41,798 nucleotides of DNA from Candidatus Odinarchaeota archaeon. Its GTDB lineage: Archaea; Asgardarchaeota; Hermodarchaeia; Hermodarchaeales; Hermodarchaeaceae. Each line of letters starts with the position of its first letter. Within the stretch, counting starts at the first letter, position 1. Below are positions 40,931 through 41,798 of this stretch, piece by piece. The position numbers and the translations under genes are program-made. The notes under the pieces are model-generated. The model was not told the DNA's origin. It made no database searches and worked only from the letters and a program-made list of their open reading frames with translations. The stretch lies in the NCBI GenBank assembly GCA_048885185.1, contig JBHLQC010000002.1, positions 1 to 41,798 on the forward strand. Reading direction: 5' to 3'.

Positions 40931-41798
40931 ATGCAAATAGATTTGGACTTGGTAGCTAAGCATCTGAAATGCAAGCCGTGGCGGAAAATATCCAATCAGG
41001 TCATATCATCAGCAAGCCAAATACTAGACCATTGGTTGCCTCCAATATTACCAAACCTAGTTAAAGAAGACTTTCTGGAATTCTTTAAAAACAAATTATC
41101 GGGAAAACTGGGGTGGCTTCGCAGCTGCGTTGATTCATCCTTTACAAAATTCAAGGTTGAATTCGGGCTAGGCGGATACCGTGGTTTACCTGACTTTATT
41201 GACTGGGATAACAAATTGGATGGCCAATTTCTTGAACACATGCTTCCTTTACTTCAATCCATTGCTGAATGCACAAATACACCAATTACTACCGCACAAT
41301 TCTTCATGCTCGCAACTGAGCTTTGTAAGTTCAGCAATTTTCCCTTAAGTTCCCTTGATGTCAGCATCATCAAAACCTTCAGCCAAATGCCAACAATTAC
41401 AGTTCCTGCACTCGCCAGATTACTAGGCAAATCTTACAAGAAAGTAAGGAACCGATGGAAGCGTTTACAGAGACTAGGTATATGTAAGATTCAAGCCAAG
41501 ATCAACTATCCCATTTTGGGATTAATTCCAGTTATTATCGAACTTTATGATTCGAAAAGCGCAATAAGAAGCCCTTATCTAGTTTCACGGCTCGAACTTT
41601 CTGGGGATTTAAGATGCAGATTTTTCATGATGGCAGTCCCCGAAAAAGAGCTTAGCACACTTTCACACTTTCTTGATTCCCATTTTGGAACAACTCACAC
41701 ACTATATGTGGTTAAAGATTTAGGACAGATAGTAGAATTCACACATTATCATATTACCAAAGAAGATTGGAATATCGATTGGAAGAAATTACTTATTG
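40931..41798 (+). CDS. Hypothetical protein with an AsnC/Lrp-like wHTH segment; the 3' end runs off the window
   Basis: The frame is open from ATG 40931 to the window end and is absent from the ORF track because there is no stop. LDVSIIKTFSQMPTITVPALARLLGKSYKKVRNRWKRLQRLGI is HTH-like. Confidence 0.5.
   Translation, partial: MQIDLDLVAKHLKCKPWRKISNQVISSASQILDHWLPPILPNLVKEDFLEFFKNKLSGKLGWLRSCVDSSFTKFKVEFGLGGYRGLPDFIDWDNKLDGQFLEHMLPLLQSIAECTNTPITTAQFFMLATELCKFSNFPLSSLDVSIIKTFSQMPTITVPALARLLGKSYKKVRNRWKRLQRLGICKIQAKINYPILGLIPVIIELYDSKSAIRSPYLVSRLELSGDLRCRFFMMAVPEKELSTLSHFLDSHFGTTHTLYVVKDLGQIVEFTHYHITKEDWNIDWKKLLI

Noticed and set aside
1-41798. Search for CRISPR arrays, IS elements or transposases, integrases, prophage or toxin-antitoxin modules, and rRNA genes
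   Set aside because: I found no regularly spaced direct repeats, no DDE/tyrosine-recombinase-like ORFs and no rRNA-like sequence while reading through the window. The lone RHH protein (21273..21455) is better explained by its ftsZ linkage than as an antitoxin, because there is no partner toxin ORF.

Overview
This looks like an archaeal chromosomal segment, AT-rich by eye (GC not computed) and densely coding, with about 44 genes. Archaeal markers are TFB, an aEF-2-family GTPase, ribosomal proteins eS17 and eS25, archaeosine tRNA-guanine transglycosylase, an Sm-like protein, FtsZ and a PAC2 proteasome chaperone. All three tRNA genes carry bulge-helix-bulge (BHB) introns at mostly non-canonical positions. 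A ribophorin-I-like protein, an ALG7-like GlcNAc-1-P transferase and a Roadblock plus MglA/Ras-superfamily GTPase operon suggest an Asgard-type archaeon, but the window cannot prove lineage. Functional blocks in order: (i) an N-glycosylation cluster, 0.9-6.8 kb; (ii) a minus-strand block of nucleoside phosphorylase, PAC2, a ParB/Srx-like protein and unknowns; (iii) translation/RNA genes (eS17, tRNA-Glu, ArcTGT, LSm, TFB); (iv) a Tad/Epd-like type IV filament locus with an Flp-like pilin; (v) a cdrS-like RHH gene plus ftsZ; (vi) tandem Roadblock, an unknown gene and an MglA-like GTPase; (vii) two-subunit class I fumarase convergent with a thiol:fumarate-reductase-like SdhA/SdhB-CCG pair; (viii) a membrane-anchored VirB4/HerA-type ATPase flanked by an unknown membrane protein and a sequon-rich secreted protein; (ix) an EF-2 paralog, LOG-family protein and PflX-like radical SAM enzyme. 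The most unusual observation is that the EF-2-family gene is split by a 31-nt insert (36973..37003). By hand this insert folds into a near-canonical BHB splicing motif. Excising it by the same rule that fits all four tRNA introns here restores the reading frame and the conserved RGITIK switch-I motif. That makes it a candidate frame-restoring mRNA intron. I saw no CRISPR array, transposase, integrase or rRNA. Every functional call rests on motif recognition by eye, not on database searches.
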